In this document: positions 1 to 12,835 of the stretch, one piece after another
Layout: every line of letters begins with the position of its first letter
How positions within the stretch are numbered: position 1 is the first letter of the stretch
Source: Camelus ferus
Lineage: Eukaryota
Direction of reading: 5' to 3'
NCBI RefSeq assembly: GCF_009834535.1
Contig: NC_045701.1
Span: forward strand, 6,076,001 to 6,140,000
DNA: 64,000 nucleotides
Position numbers and translations under genes: made by a program
Notes under the pieces: generated by a model
Database searches by the model: none
Told to the model about the DNA's origin: nothing
Seen by the model: only the letters and a program-made list of their open reading frames with translations

Positions 1-2617
1 TCAAGGGCTAGAAAGTATTCTCAAAGCCCACGGACCTGTGAAAGGGACCCAAGGTTGGCTGGAGCCAGCAGGGACACCCCCTTGCTCAGGACCAGTCAGT
101 CCCTGGCCCAGTCATCAGGGCTGTGTAGACTCCTCCTCTCAGGAACCCAGATTTTCTTCAGCTCTTACTGGCCCAGCCTGACTCTGATCTGGCCGGAGGG
201 CTAAGGGACCACTATTACCCATCACACGCCACACCAGCATCCCGGGGCAGATGGAAGCACACACATGGATGGGTCTGAAGCAGAGGTCCTCTTACCTCCC
301 TGAGCCTCAGAATCCCACCAGGGAGTCCCATGCCACCCCTACCCAACCCCATCCTGCTCTCCGCCTGCAGCGGGGCTCAGGGATCATCAGTTTGGCAGGT
401 ACCCCAGGCAATTCTAAAGGAAGGGAATCCCCAGACCACACATGAAACACAGAGAGCCAAGATCTGAGCTTTAAAAAAATGCTAGGAGGACTATTTAGTG
501 TATACAAGAATGCTCACAATATCATGTTAGGTGGGAAAAAGCTAACACCCAACTTTGTATTCTGGGAGGGGTCCTCCCTAAGCTGAAAATTTATATACAT
601 ATTGAACTTGTCCCCAGGTTAACTAAGCAATAAGTCTTTCTTCTATAAAGATGGTGATTTTGATATACCATCATCTTGCAAAGCTGCCTGCTAACTCAGC
701 TGTGCTCATAACAGGGCACCTGACTGTCCAGCTTCCTGCCTCCTGGCCGTCTGAGAGTAGGATCTGCTATGGAAGGGAAGAGAGTGGTTAGTGGGGAGAA
801 GAGGGGTACTGGCTGGGGGTATTTTCTGATCAAGAGCTGAGGGGTGAGGACTCCAAAGACACACTGAGAGGTCTGCTGGGAAGCTGGCCGGCCAGAACAG
901 AGATTCTGCAGGAGACAGTAGGGAAAAAAACATTAGAAAGGTGGGTTGGGGTCCAGCTACAGATACAACTGGGGCCACTGAAGGTCTGTGAGCAGCAGCA
1001 CATAATCAGCTGTGTGGCAGAACTTGACGGGGAACCCAAATCCTTTTACAACCAAGACAGGGAAGAAACAGCAAGAATGAAGTGAGGGGGCAAATGGTGA
1101 TTAAATCAGAAAATACACTCATCCAACTACACACCTTCAACTCTGAATACTAAGCCTGGAAACCCAGCCACTCCCCTACTTTCTCCTGTCCTTACTATGC
1201 ACTTACTAGCTGTGGCAAAGGTCCTTGTCCTCTTAGTTTTGGAAGGGAACTCGGCACTCCAGGGCCAGTGGCTCTCAACACCGGACTAGTCCTGATACAG
1301 CAGGAACTGGGATTTCTCAACTCCCCTGCCTTCTGCCAGCTCACCTTCTTTTCGCTTTTCAAGCATCTACTTCAGCCCCAGGGCTCCTGGAAGGGGAGGG
1401 AGGGGTGAGAAGAAAGATGCCAGCGTCAGGACCAAACTCTGACACAGGCCATCCTTCAGAAGCAAAGGATTCCAGTGATGCGTAGGACTTCCACAGACCT
1501 CTCCATGAGAAACTGCAGCACCAGGCACCCCGACTCGTCACCATCCATTTGGGCCCCCTCCTTTGAAAGGTGGTATATCTCTAAAGCTTCTCTTGCTGAG
1601 GTAAGACACTTCATTTCAGGCCTTGAAAACTAATGCTCTGTGACACTATTTTTCCTACTGCCAAAGAATTTAACACGCAGCATTCCGTGTTCTGTATTAA
1701 AATCGGTTCTTTTTGCTATACATCAAAAGCCAATTTCCCCCTCAAACTGCAAAGCTGAGACACCACACCAAGGGATGCAAAAAGCAGCAGCTAGTTGCCC
1801 TGCAAAATTATGCAAATGCTACCCTCTCTCTCCCTGAAGAAAAAAAGGAGTCCTCTAGAAAAAAGGAAGTAGGAGAAATTGGAAGAGAATGCTCCATCTA
1901 AGTCGTCTGCTAATAGGATAACTTGCATTTTAACACTTTAAACTAGGTCAGTACTGGGGCTCTGATATCGGGCTTTTAGAGGACTTCCTTGCTTTATATT
2001 TAACAGATTGGTCAGTCTAGAGGCTCCTCCCTGAATTATTCCTCCTAACAACCAAAGCTTATTTCTGTCTCAGTTTAAGAGCTTGCTGCCCTTAAAACAA
2101 ACAAAATCTGGGATTGAAAATAAGTTGCACCGTATGATTGAAACATAAATGTCTTTTCCTCCAACGGGTTTCAAGCATTTAGCCCTTAATCAGAAGTGAT
2201 CAACCTGTCATCTCTTTGTAATGAGTAATTCCTCATGGGTTTTCGAGAAGAAACACATGACAGGGAGGGCACCAGAGGGAAGAGCAAACACAGAACGGAA
2301 TAAACCCCCGCCAGCCTGTCCAGGGCAAGCCTGATTCTCCCCTCCCTGGATGGTGCTAACAGGATCATGCATTCCTATAACTACATTTGCAAATGAGTGG
2401 CTCAATTCAATACTGCTACCTAATTCTATGAAGACTGGGGATGTACTTGTTTGAGGGAAGCTATATGGAATTAGGGCCTTAACAACCAGGTACTCTTGTT
2501 ATTCTTCATGGCTGTGAGACTGTATCTACAGCAGTGGGATTTCCCAAGCCCTCCCCCGAGCAAGTCAGGACCCAAGGGGTCCAATGGAATCTAATGTAAG
2601 TGGAGTAAATGTAGGCT

Positions 2618-3088
2618 TGTTACCGAAGGCAAGTTCACATGCTCACTGTACCATGAGGCCAAACAAATTGAAACGTCAGAGCTTGGAGCAGAGGAAGGTG
2701 TACTGCAGGGCCGAGAAAGAAGGACGGGTGGCTTATGCTCAAGAAAACCCCAAACTCCCCAAAGGGTTTCAGCAAAGCATATTTGAAGGACAGGTAAGGG
2801 GGGGGGTGCAGGGTACGTGATCAGCTTGTGCACAATTCTCTTGATGTTGAGGTAACAGGGTGGTCAACACTATCAACTCCTAGGTGCCAGAAGGTCTAGG
2901 GCTATGAGCTCTCAATCATTAGGTAGTTCATTTCTTCCCTATGGTGGTGGTTTTAAGCATCAAAAAAAAAAAAAAAAAAAAACTCAGGAAATATACATGA
3001 GATACTATAATTTGGGCACTTCAGGGAGGAGCTACAGCAGAGGATTTGGAGAAGGAGGTCTGACCCTGGAAGGCCCCACAGGGTTACA
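2618..3088 (-). mobile_element. Solo ERV1-class LTR (cetartiodactyl type)
   Basis: Minus strand runs TGTAACCC...TTCGGTAACA (TG...CA ends). Near-TSD ggct/ggat. Shares AGCTGATCA(C/T)GTACCCTGCA with the LTR at 27.6 kb. Confidence 0.85.
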
Positions 3089-3719
3089 GGATCACTGGGC
3101 CCCCACCAGGGCCAGGCTTCCAAGTTCATCTCCTAAATCCACGGACCTGGGGTGTGCTGAAAGTGCAGATTCCTGGGCTCCTCTCTGGAAGAGTCTCCAT
3201 CAGTAGCCCAGGGGAGGGGGAGCCCCAGGTGACTCAGTGCAGCCAGTCCTTGGGCCAGCCTTAGCTGTTCAGTCCTGGCCCCCTGTGGATAAGGAGTAGC
3301 CAGGTTCTATTTCGGTGCCAGGAACCCCTTACAATAGCACATGAGGGCAGTGTGAGGCTAGAAAGCAGCTTGTTGCTATTGGAAACAGCGGGCACAAAAA
3401 TAGAAAGGCACTGGAGTGAGGGGTGGTAGGAAGTGAGTTCCCCTAACACCCTCAGGGGATTTGGAGCTTGAGAGGGGTTAATTCAAAGGAGGCCTTCCAA
3501 GAAGGAAGACTGAGCCTGAGAGGCTTTGAAAAAAGTGATAGGGGTCCTTTGTACTGCCACTTCCATTCACTTGTCTTGACAATTCAGCCACCGGCTATTC
3601 CCACTTACTTCCCTGGCCATCCAGCTTCAAGCCACCTCTCACCAATTTAAAGTCCCAACGCACATCATGAATACCAACTTCCCAAATTGCATTCCATTCC
3701 ATTAGTGAATAGTCCATAA

Positions 3720-3957
3720 TATTAAAAAAGAAAAACAGAAAGGGCTTCTTGGACAATATAGTCTGGGAGACCGAAGATTATGCAGATATGCATTCATTAT
3801 GGAGATCATGACTCAGAGAAGGTCTTTAATAAACTGTTTAATTTTATTTGACCTAGAATTTTCCAAATGCTGACTCATTTAGGAACCTATCCGTCAAGGA
3901 AAAACTATTACTATCCTGCAGAACTGAAGACCCACAGAAGATGTGAGGAAATGCTAA
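3720..3957. mobile_element. hAT-Charlie MITE (Charlie4z/MER112-like), old
   Basis: Resembles the recalled consensus (ctcagagaaggtc..aaactgtttaattttatttgacc..ttttccaaa..ggaacc..gaggaaatgct). Confidence 0.5.
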
Positions 3958-4224
3958 GTTATCCCATTCATCCAACAGCTTATTATGCCACATCTTATAG
4001 TTTGCTATTTAACTGACTTGAATGGTTATTTTATCGTTTGTTATTTAGCTCTGTATGTATTTGGGTATTATCTTAAGTAGAATATCCATTTGAGCTAGAA
4101 GCATGTCTCTTGTGTCTGAATTTCCAGCAAACCCCAGTCTACCTCCTGTATAGTAGAGATACACTCAAGAAATTTTTAATTTGAAAGTGTTAGATCTGAT
4201 GTTATAAACCACATGCATCTTAAA

Positions 4225-4385
4225 ATAGACAATTTTTAAAACCTCAGATCATCAAGTAAGGTTTATATATACATGGAAACTGGAGACTAGAGATGTAAAA
4301 TGGATTTTCCAAAGGCATAAAAAGTTAATCGAAGAACCATGACTAGAACACAGGTCTCCCAACTCCTTAGCTAGTATTCCTTCTG
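4225..4385. mobile_element. MIR SINE fragment
   Basis: Degenerate MIR core: acatggaaactggagactagaga...ccaaaggc...actagaacacaggtctcccaactcc. Confidence 0.6.
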
Positions 4386-6778
4386 TAATTTAAATAAGCC
4401 TTATCCTTCCAGGCTCCAGCTGGTTTTCCAGCAGCAGGTAAAGGAAGAAAGGGTATCTGAGTGATCTGAATACCCCGGGGAGCATGACACAACCACACCA
4501 AGTATAAAAGAACTGAAACACAAAAAGAAGATCCAAGAAATACCAGAGTTTGCTAAACAGAAGTTAAGTACTCTTTGAAGATTCCACAATGCTTATTGGC
4601 AGTTTAAGGCTTCAGGGCTCAGTATCAAGAATATTAAGAACAAGACTAACACATGTGCAATTTGTAGAGCTAAATAAGACAACTGACTGTGGTCTACTGG
4701 AATATCATACTAAACATTTCAACATTTACTTCCAGAGCTACATATATAATGTAAAGCCTCATTATATTCAAACTAAGGCTACTTAAGGGTATAAGAATGT
4801 GTGCCTGTGTCTGTGTGCAAGGATGTACAGATGCACGTGCGCATCTCCACTTGTTCCTAAAGATGTCCAGGGACGAAATCGTGATACTGTTTACTTCTCC
4901 AGTAGCCTTAAAGTAACATGGCATATATATCAGAACCACTTGAGGGGACAGGGGTGGGTGTTGTCTGCGAAAGCAGCGTCAAGACCTCCAAAGGTGGAAG
5001 CCTCTGCACCTTCACAAAGTCCACAGGTGATGCCGACCCACAGGTAGGGATGAGGACGACAGCTCTGGAGGCCTGGGGTCAGCCCTCTGATCTGCAGGTG
5101 CCCCTCCATGGACATTTCAACAGATTCAGTTCTACTCCAAAAGGTAAATTCCTACAGAAAAGTCTCTCAAACCCCTGACCTCCCCAAGCCTGCCATTCTC
5201 TCTCCCTCAGTGCTTGATCTGTGCAGCAGACATGAGCATTCTCCTGGTAACTCCACAGCCGTGGTACATGGCAACTATAATTTTGTTAAAGCATAAATTG
5301 CGGTTCTTTGTACTTTTTAGTTCCTCCCTGAGGCCCAGCAGTGCTCAGCCCATGCAAACACTGCAGATGACAGGCAGTGCCTCTCAACCCCATGTCCCTA
5401 TGCCAGCAGCCAGAACCAAGTGCATCCCTAGAAACAGCTGGCTTTCTGCCCCACTCAATAAAGCATATTGGAAACCATACAAGGGAAAACAATCTCATTA
5501 CAAGGATCACTCTGCTTCCTACTTTCCAGTAGGTCATCCAAAAGTGGAACGTCTTAACCAATAATTAGCAACCAATCACTTTAACATGGCTCACAATTGA
5601 TTGTGACACAGTAGTGAGTAGGGACACTGTGGTTAAGGACTGTTGACTTAATTAGTCACTATTAGCCTTATGCTGACGCTGGAAACAAAGTCAAGAGGAC
5701 TAAGAAATGATGGTTCTTTACAAAGCAGAAATATCAATTGATCCAAAATCTTTAAAGTCTACATTATTACATTTAATGGGGTAAATTACATACCATCAGA
5801 GTGATATTCACAAATTTGGTAATTCACAAAATCTCCAAGACACTGGCCTTATAAAAACCAAAAGACTCCTATTATTATGCTTCCTTTGTCCACTACAGTC
5901 AAAAACTACACCACCCACAGGGCCAGGGCCATCTGAAGACTGGGTCCACATGGGACTTGTCACCTCCATCGACACAGCTAAATAACTAATGGGCTCGTGT
6001 CATTAAAGACAAAGGCCATTTCTTAGAGCCACTCATCCCATCCTCTCAGCAGCACCTAGAATTCATAACCTCGCTCACCTCCTTAACACACTCCATCCTT
6101 CGCCCGAGCCTTCCTCCTCTCTCTCTGGCCACACCTGCTTAGTCTTCCTGGAAGGTTCACCCTGCTTCACCACACCATTCAGTGTGAAGGTCCCTCCCAG
6201 GCTCCATCAGTAGGCACTCAAACGTTTCTTGACGGGGTGGTGAATTCTGTTCATACCAAAGGATGAATTGCTAGGAGCCAGATTCCCATTTTACAGGCCC
6301 CCTGTCGAATGATCCCCAGACTCTCCATCCTGCAAGGGTACTAGGGAAATAAGGGCTGTGCCATCATACCTTAGTCTTTTCTCTTCCTGATGGATGCGCC
6401 TCAATTTTTTTTTTTGTTTCCAGTTTAGGAACTTGAGAGGATTTTGATTAGGTCTCCTTTTAGGTAGCTGGAAATAGAAACTGCTGAAGAAGAAAATAAA
6501 TTCTCCTTTACAGGTTTAATAAAGAGCTCGTTCATAAGCCAAAATTTTTCCTTTTGCCCAAGTTTTAACATTTTAACAAAGAATGCTGGACTTTTACCAG
6601 TGAAAGTCACTACCCAACAGAAATTGTTAACGATGATGAAATAAACTGTGGTTTTATATTAGAAACAGTTAAGGAAGCAGAAAGGGTGTGGACAAAACCA
6701 AACACAGTGATCAGAAGAAATACTAGAAGGTATTTATGAAACTGGTCTTTTAAAGAATAAATGTAACAAATAATTAAC

Positions 6779-7350
6779 TGTGATAGGCTGAATATTGCCC
6801 CTCCTTCAAAGACAGTCACCCCCTAATCCCCAGAACCTGTGAATATATTACTTTGCGTAGCAGAATGACATGTGAGGATGTGATTAAGAGCCTTGAGATA
6901 ACCATGCCGAAAGCCATGCCGTACACCAGGGACTAACACAACATTGCAAATTGACTATATTTTGATTTTTAAAAAAAAAAAAAAAAAAAAAAAACCTTGG
7001 GATGAGGAGATTATTCTAGATTATCCAGTTGGGCCCAATGTATTTACAAGATCCTTTAAAGAAAGGTCACAGTTAGAAGGAAGAAGTGACACTGGAAGCG
7101 GAGGTCAGAGAGCAAGCTTGGAAGATGCTATGTTGCTGGCTCTGAAGATGGGGCCACAAGCCAAGGAGAGCCAGCGGCCTTTAGTAGCTAGAAAAACCAA
7201 AGAAACAGAATCTCCCCTTAAGCCTCCAGATGGACAGCCCTGTTGACACCTTGTTTTTGTGACTTGTAACCTCCAGAACTGTAAGAGGATAAGTTTGTGC
7301 TGCTTTAAACTACTAAGGTTGCGATAATTTGTTACAGTATCAAAATGTTT
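6779..7350 (+). mobile_element. MLT1D-like MaLR LTR, interrupted by a short L1 tail
   Basis: Starts tgtgataggctgaatattgccc. Contains gagattattctagattatccagttgggcccaatgta, gccaagga, cctccagaactgtaag and ataatttgttacag. Confidence 0.85.
6900..6994 (+). mobile_element. ~95 bp L1 3'-terminal fragment with poly(A), inserted in the MLT1D
   Basis: gtacaccagggactaacacaacattgcaaattgactata followed by A24. Flanked by TSD ccttgagat (6891-6899) and ccttgggat (6995-7003). Confidence 0.8.
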
Positions 7351-7619
7351 TGATTTCCAAGGTTGAGTACATATTTGAACTATTTAAGCTCATTTTCATT
7401 GAGAAAACTATAACTCTCTTCTGGGAAGAAGGAAGAATTAACACCCGTTTTTCAGAAGAACATGAGTACTTTGATCAAATAATGATTCCACCTTGTCAGC
7501 CTTTCATGTGAATGTTCTTCAAACACGTCAAGTCATTTACGCCCTTAGTGTGAACACACGTCACCTCCTGATAACTGGGGCTCAAGGAGCAGATAAAACT
7601 GAGCTATCAGTCAGGTCTT

Positions 7620-7765
7620 GCCTGGGGTCAGGTTTGCAGATTTCTATAGTGTAAATACTCTCACCATAGCCAATTCAAGCTACCAACATAATGTCACTGA
7701 GTCCCAAAGTGACAACCCTCGCAGTCAGCTCACATGAGCAGTTACGAACCAGCTGGGCACCTAAC
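7620..7765 (-). mobile_element. MER63-like hAT MITE fragment
   Basis: Reverse complement reads ctcagtgacattatgttggtagcttgaattggctatggtgagagtatttacactatagaaatctgcaaac, matching the recalled MER63 core. Confidence 0.7.
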
Positions 7766-7819
7766 TCCCTAACTTGCTGACTCAGAGCACTTAGTATGTG
7801 CTTCATTATGAGAAATGAA

Positions 7820-7940
7820 GGGGTACTATGAGATTCTTTTGCAAAGAAAGTACTCTATAAATAAAAGTTTGGCAAACAATATTATATTCCTCTTTTCAGA
7901 CAGTCATACATTAAAGGCTCTGATGAGTTCTGCAGTTGTG
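7820..7940. mobile_element. hAT-Charlie MITE fragment, same family as 3720-3957
   Basis: tatgagattcttttgcaaagaaag..aagtttggcaaac..cattaaaggctctgatgagttctgcagt. Confidence 0.5.
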
Positions 7941-9864
7941 GGTTTTCTTTTTAAAGAACATTTATCATAGTTCAGCTCAGTGTTTTGTATTCAGGGCTGA
8001 GGCCACCTGAAGCTCACCCAAGTTAGAAAGCCCTCCTTAGGAGAAAGAACACAAAATTAGGTGCAGGGCCTTGGGAGGGTCCCCTAGATGAGTGGTCCTG
8101 AAGCTTCATGTGCATAGCAAATCCATCTCTGCCTGTGTTGGAGCCTTCCTGCACGTCCCAGCACCTGAGACAGCACTGGTTCAACAGAGCACACGCTTTG
8201 GGAAATGCTGTCTTAAAACCTGAACACGAAAGGGGCGGCAAAATGAGAAAGTACTTGCTGGACAAGCTGTCTAGTCCACACCCATGTGACTGTATCCAGA
8301 ACCTACCTTTGTTTCCATGGGCCATTTTCCAAAAAGATAGAAACAGGCTGCTACCTTCAGGGAAGTAGTCCCTCTAACAGTCACTGATTCATTCTCAGTG
8401 TTTGCTCGGCCCCACATGGGAGGATACAAAAATGGCTGAAACAGCCTCAAGGAGCTCAATGAATGAAACAAGAGCAGTCGTGCACCCCTATCACAAGCTG
8501 CCTGGCATGACAGCTCCATTCTAGAAGAGAGGTATCACTCATTAAGGAGAAGCAGAGTGGTCAGTGATTCCCACTCTGGTGATCTAGAAGTCCACAGCCA
8601 AGGGCAAGATAGGGACAGGATGGGGAGGGGAGGGCAGAGCAAAGAGGTTGCTCTGGGAACACTCCCCAGAGCAGAGAAGGACAGCCAGCACTGCCCCCCT
8701 ACCCCGCCCCGTCCTTGGGCACAAGCACCACTCTACCACTTTTCAGGCTACGGATCTATTTCCAAAAAAAAAAAAAAACAATGCTCAGCCATTCAGCTGT
8801 TTTTATGGATTCACAGAGAGAACCACGCTCTTGCCAAGTTCAACATGCACCTTACCCTCTACCTTTAGACTTAACCTACCTATAAGCAAGGAGAGGAGAA
8901 GATATGCAAGAATCAGGAATGATTTGGTCTCTATCTCAAGGTTAATGTAAGACGTTTAAACAGGCAAAGGAATACCGTAAATCTAACATTTTAATTTGGC
9001 AGTAATTAGATGCTAAAGTCTAAGTTACATATGACCTTGGAGAGGTAGAAAGAATCCAACTCATGAGAGGCCCAAAGTGAGACCTGAAGGACGGAAGGCA
9101 CACGAGGCTGAGAAGGGTGAGCAAAGGCACAGTCGAGGAGGAACCCAGGACAGAGAGCACAGTGTCGGGCACTCGGTGGGTTCCTTACTAACGTGTTTGA
9201 TTAAACATGAGCACACCTGAGCCAAGTGCATGAAGAGACCAGTTATCCCGCCCACGTCTCAAATCCAGTCCCTGCACCCGGAGTCCTGCCTCGCATGGTA
9301 TCCGAGCTCCCATCCCAGCACAAGGAGTTTCTGCCCCTGAAATACCCCTGACCCTGGTTAACCCGGAGACAGCTGGAAGACACAGACACCAAATACCTTC
9401 TTGCCCCCTCACTAATGGCTCCTGACTTCATCCCAAAGCAACTTTTGAAACTCCAAGTTCACTGGAATCAAGGCTAAAATCTCCATGTTCCCACCTGACA
9501 ACTCACTCCCAAAAAGAAACAGACCAACCCCGGCCGGAGGCTTTTACCATCACAGAGCCACTGACTCTGGCCATTCACCAGAAATAAACACGCATTCCCA
9601 CTGAAGCGCTTCCAGAGGCTGATGGCATGTTGACCCATCCTGTGAAAAGTAAGTAAGATACGTCAAATGCCCCGTGTCTCAGGACCAATCTGTGTCCAGA
9701 ATGAAAACCAGGTTTCCTCACACATGACAACGCCCATTGAATGGCAGTGGCCGCCTCTCCCAGGATCTTACAGTATCTGTTATGGGCACAACACACAGAG
9801 ATAGACAGCCCATGGGCTGTACATTTACTGTACCCGATCCTAATTCACCTATGTTGTCTAATTT

Positions 9865-9930
9865 TATACATGTATATGCAATATATATACATATACACAT
9901 GTGTATGCAATACATATATATACACATATA
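9865..9930. repeat. Alternating purine/pyrimidine (TA/CA/TG) tract made of two ~29-bp units
   Basis: acatgtatatgcaatatatatacatatac (9868-9896) followed by acatgtgtatgcaatacatatatatacac (9897-9925). Confidence 0.85.
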
Positions 9931-12704
9931 ACAATGCGTACCACATTTATAAGTTTCCCGGATTAGCTTTAAAAAATAAGAAAAGCCATACTGCAAACGA
10001 CAACATCTATATTGCAAACATATTGTTCAATTCCCCTAAGCATAAAAGAAAAACAGAAGAGTAAGAAGCCGGACTTAAAATCTGAGCCCAACAGTGCTAA
10101 CACAGCCCTTGCTGGGAGGACCCAAATGTGCAGGCCTGGCCAGCCAGGGCACCCTTCCCTCCCCAGAGCAGGAAGCCCCCCAAGGAAGAGAGGAGTCTCC
10201 AGGGAGGCACTTCCACCTGCCCTCAGCATCACCCAGCTGCCCTGGCTCCGGTGCTTCCTGGAGAACTTAGCAGGATGAGGGGGACTGACCCTTGCAGAGC
10301 CGCCATTTACTGCTCAAGGCACTGTTGCAGGGGGCTTTTCTTGGTCTCAATAGCCTTGTAATCACCCTTCTTTCCAAGTTTCGACCTAAATATGGTGAAT
10401 GCTGGCTCCACCTCACTCCCAACTTTCCTCTTGCTACAGCTACACTGTGAACACCACGGAGCTCAGCTGGGATCAGTTGTGTGCCGGACTATATGAGCTG
10501 AATGATAAAGCTGCAAGAGCCCAGGGGAGAGGAGGTCACCAACTCCTTAACGTTTAAAGGGACAGCACATGTTTAGAGCAAAACTTTTGCACGCGAAGCT
10601 GTGCTCCCACCTCAAAGAGGGGAATAAAGCCAAATGGAACTTGTATAGGAAAGGACCTTCTAGAGAGACCTTCCTTTACAGGCAAATCTGTCTTTCCCTT
10701 GCAAGGATACACGTATTTCCACAGGGTAAAGCAGAACAGTCTGTTTAAATATTTTGCCAAATGCAAAAATTTAAAAAAATAACGAACAAAAAACCAAGGA
10801 GGTAGTCTGCTTGCTCCCCAGCGTCCCGTCTGTTTTCCATGAAATCACCACTACCGGATTAGGTCATGTTGACTATTTCAAGAGCAGCAAACAAATGGTG
10901 CACCGCCAGACATCCTGGAAGTAAGCTGGACTTTCTGACCAAGGCTGGCTTGCAATGGTTCTCTGAATGCTTCTTGGCCCTGAGCTCATCCCACTACATC
11001 CTCTCTAATGCTTTCCCCATGAGCTGTCAGGACCGGGGCAGCTCCCACCAGAGGCGGGGGTGGGGAAGGGGATGGACCACAGATGTCTGGTGCTCCTCCT
11101 ACACCCTCAAGCCTGTATATCAATTTGTTGCACTGACAGTTGTAGCATAAATGATTCATAGCTGTGTTAATCAATACATTTTTGCAGACAGTGCTATTAA
11201 CTCTGGTCATTTCAAGGAGAAAATATAGTTCAGGATGCAGAAGCCATCGTGCCAATTTGGTGGACACCTAAACACACATAAATCCTGGAGCTTTTTGAAG
11301 ATACCTAGTCACGTAGAGAGGAAAAAAGTGAACCTGACCTAAAACAGAGGCATTAGTACCCTCAACCAGAGGCTGGGATTAAAAGCTCATGTCAGTAAGG
11401 GGATGGCTCCACCTGCCCCCAAAGCAACAGAGCTATGACCATGACCCTTGCCCAAATCCAACAGACACCTAGAGGCAGAGCAAAAGAGCACCTGTCTTTA
11501 TAATTAATATTCTAGGTCACATGTGGTCCAAAACCCAGCAGCATGGCAGTAACTTTCATTGCTGATGCCACAGCAGACATTACTAATCTATCACCACACT
11601 CTTTGCCACAGAAGTTGATTTGGCTTCATGATCTGTCTCACCCAAAGCCTCTCAGCAGCCACTCTAATCACCAGGATGTGAAACTGAAGATGAAACCCAT
11701 TTGTGTACCTGCTTAACTCCTAATGCCGCTGTTGAAGCACGTTCTGGCCAGGTAGTGCTCCTGTGTCCCTGACAGGCTGCACACCGGCAGCTGCTCTTTT
11801 AAAAGGTCTGGATGGTATTTCTTCTAAAGCAGCTTTGAATCAATAAGAGATAAAACAGAACCATGCATATAACAAGAAGTCAACCTGATACAAGTCTGTT
11901 AATTCTGCTGAACAAACATGTTAGGAAGTTTATTGAAATGTTAGAGGTTGCACATGAAAGAAAAATCACAGAATTAAAGAACGGTGGAGCCAACGACCCA
12001 ATAGACCAATTTGTAACACAGCCCAGGAGACCTCCTACCCACCTGCAAACAACCAGGCTCCTCCAGCCCCCTCAAGCCCCCTCTAAGACGCTTAGACCAG
12101 CACTATGCATCCTTGAAGTTTAAACTCCCTGGGTGTTTGGGTGGAGACACTGAGTTCCTCACCCTAGGAGGACACATCTCACCGCTTCTGCCCCTCTATT
12201 TGGGGCCTGTTTCCCAACGCCTCTTTCAACACATCTCTCTAAAATAGAAACCAAGTGACATAAGCCACGGTCTATTTCAGAAATTATGTCAAATACATCT
12301 GGACCAGAAAAAAGCCTGCCTGGCAAGGGCTTCTCCTGGGCGCTTACTAAGCTAGAACACAGACACTTCTGTCCCCTGCCAATTGTGAGGGATTTCTGGA
12401 GTCAGCGAGTTTCACAAGAAGCTTGAGAATTTTGTAAATACACATTTCAGTGAATAAACCAAAGGAACTTAAATTAGTCATGGCCAAGTAGTAGTGTTAA
12501 ATACAAGTATTTAAATTAGCTAAACAACTTCCAGCAAGTTGCCAGCAACCTAGCCAGAGCTCAGTAAAACACCTTCTGCAGTTTCTTGGCCTCTAAGAAC
12601 TTAAACTTTACAATATTTAACAGTAAAATAAAATAAAAACACCTAAGATACATTAGCATGCCTCTGCATGTCATTCAAAGTTCTCTAACCCATGTTCTCT
12701 TGTG

Positions 12705-12740
12705 TACATGGATACATGGATACATGGATACATGGATACA
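12705..12740. repeat. Perfect 8-bp tandem repeat (TACATGGA)4.5
   Basis: Read directly: tacatgga x4 plus taca. Confidence 0.95.
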
Positions 12741-12744
12741 GTAC

Positions 12745-12835
12745 CCTGTATACTTCCAGCCCAGTGCAAGTGTGGCTGAAGCATGATGCATGGTACCTAG
12801 TAGTTGCTCAATAAATAGTGGATCAATGAGTAAAA
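12745..12835 (+). mobile_element. L2 3' end fragment
   Basis: tggtacctagtagttgctcaataaatagtggatcaatgagtaaa, a typical L2 terminus. Confidence 0.6.

Noticed and set aside
296-413. Possible minus-strand exon (TTTAG acceptor, GAG|GTAAGA donor)
   Set aside because: Stops in all three frames and no other support; a typical pseudo-exon.
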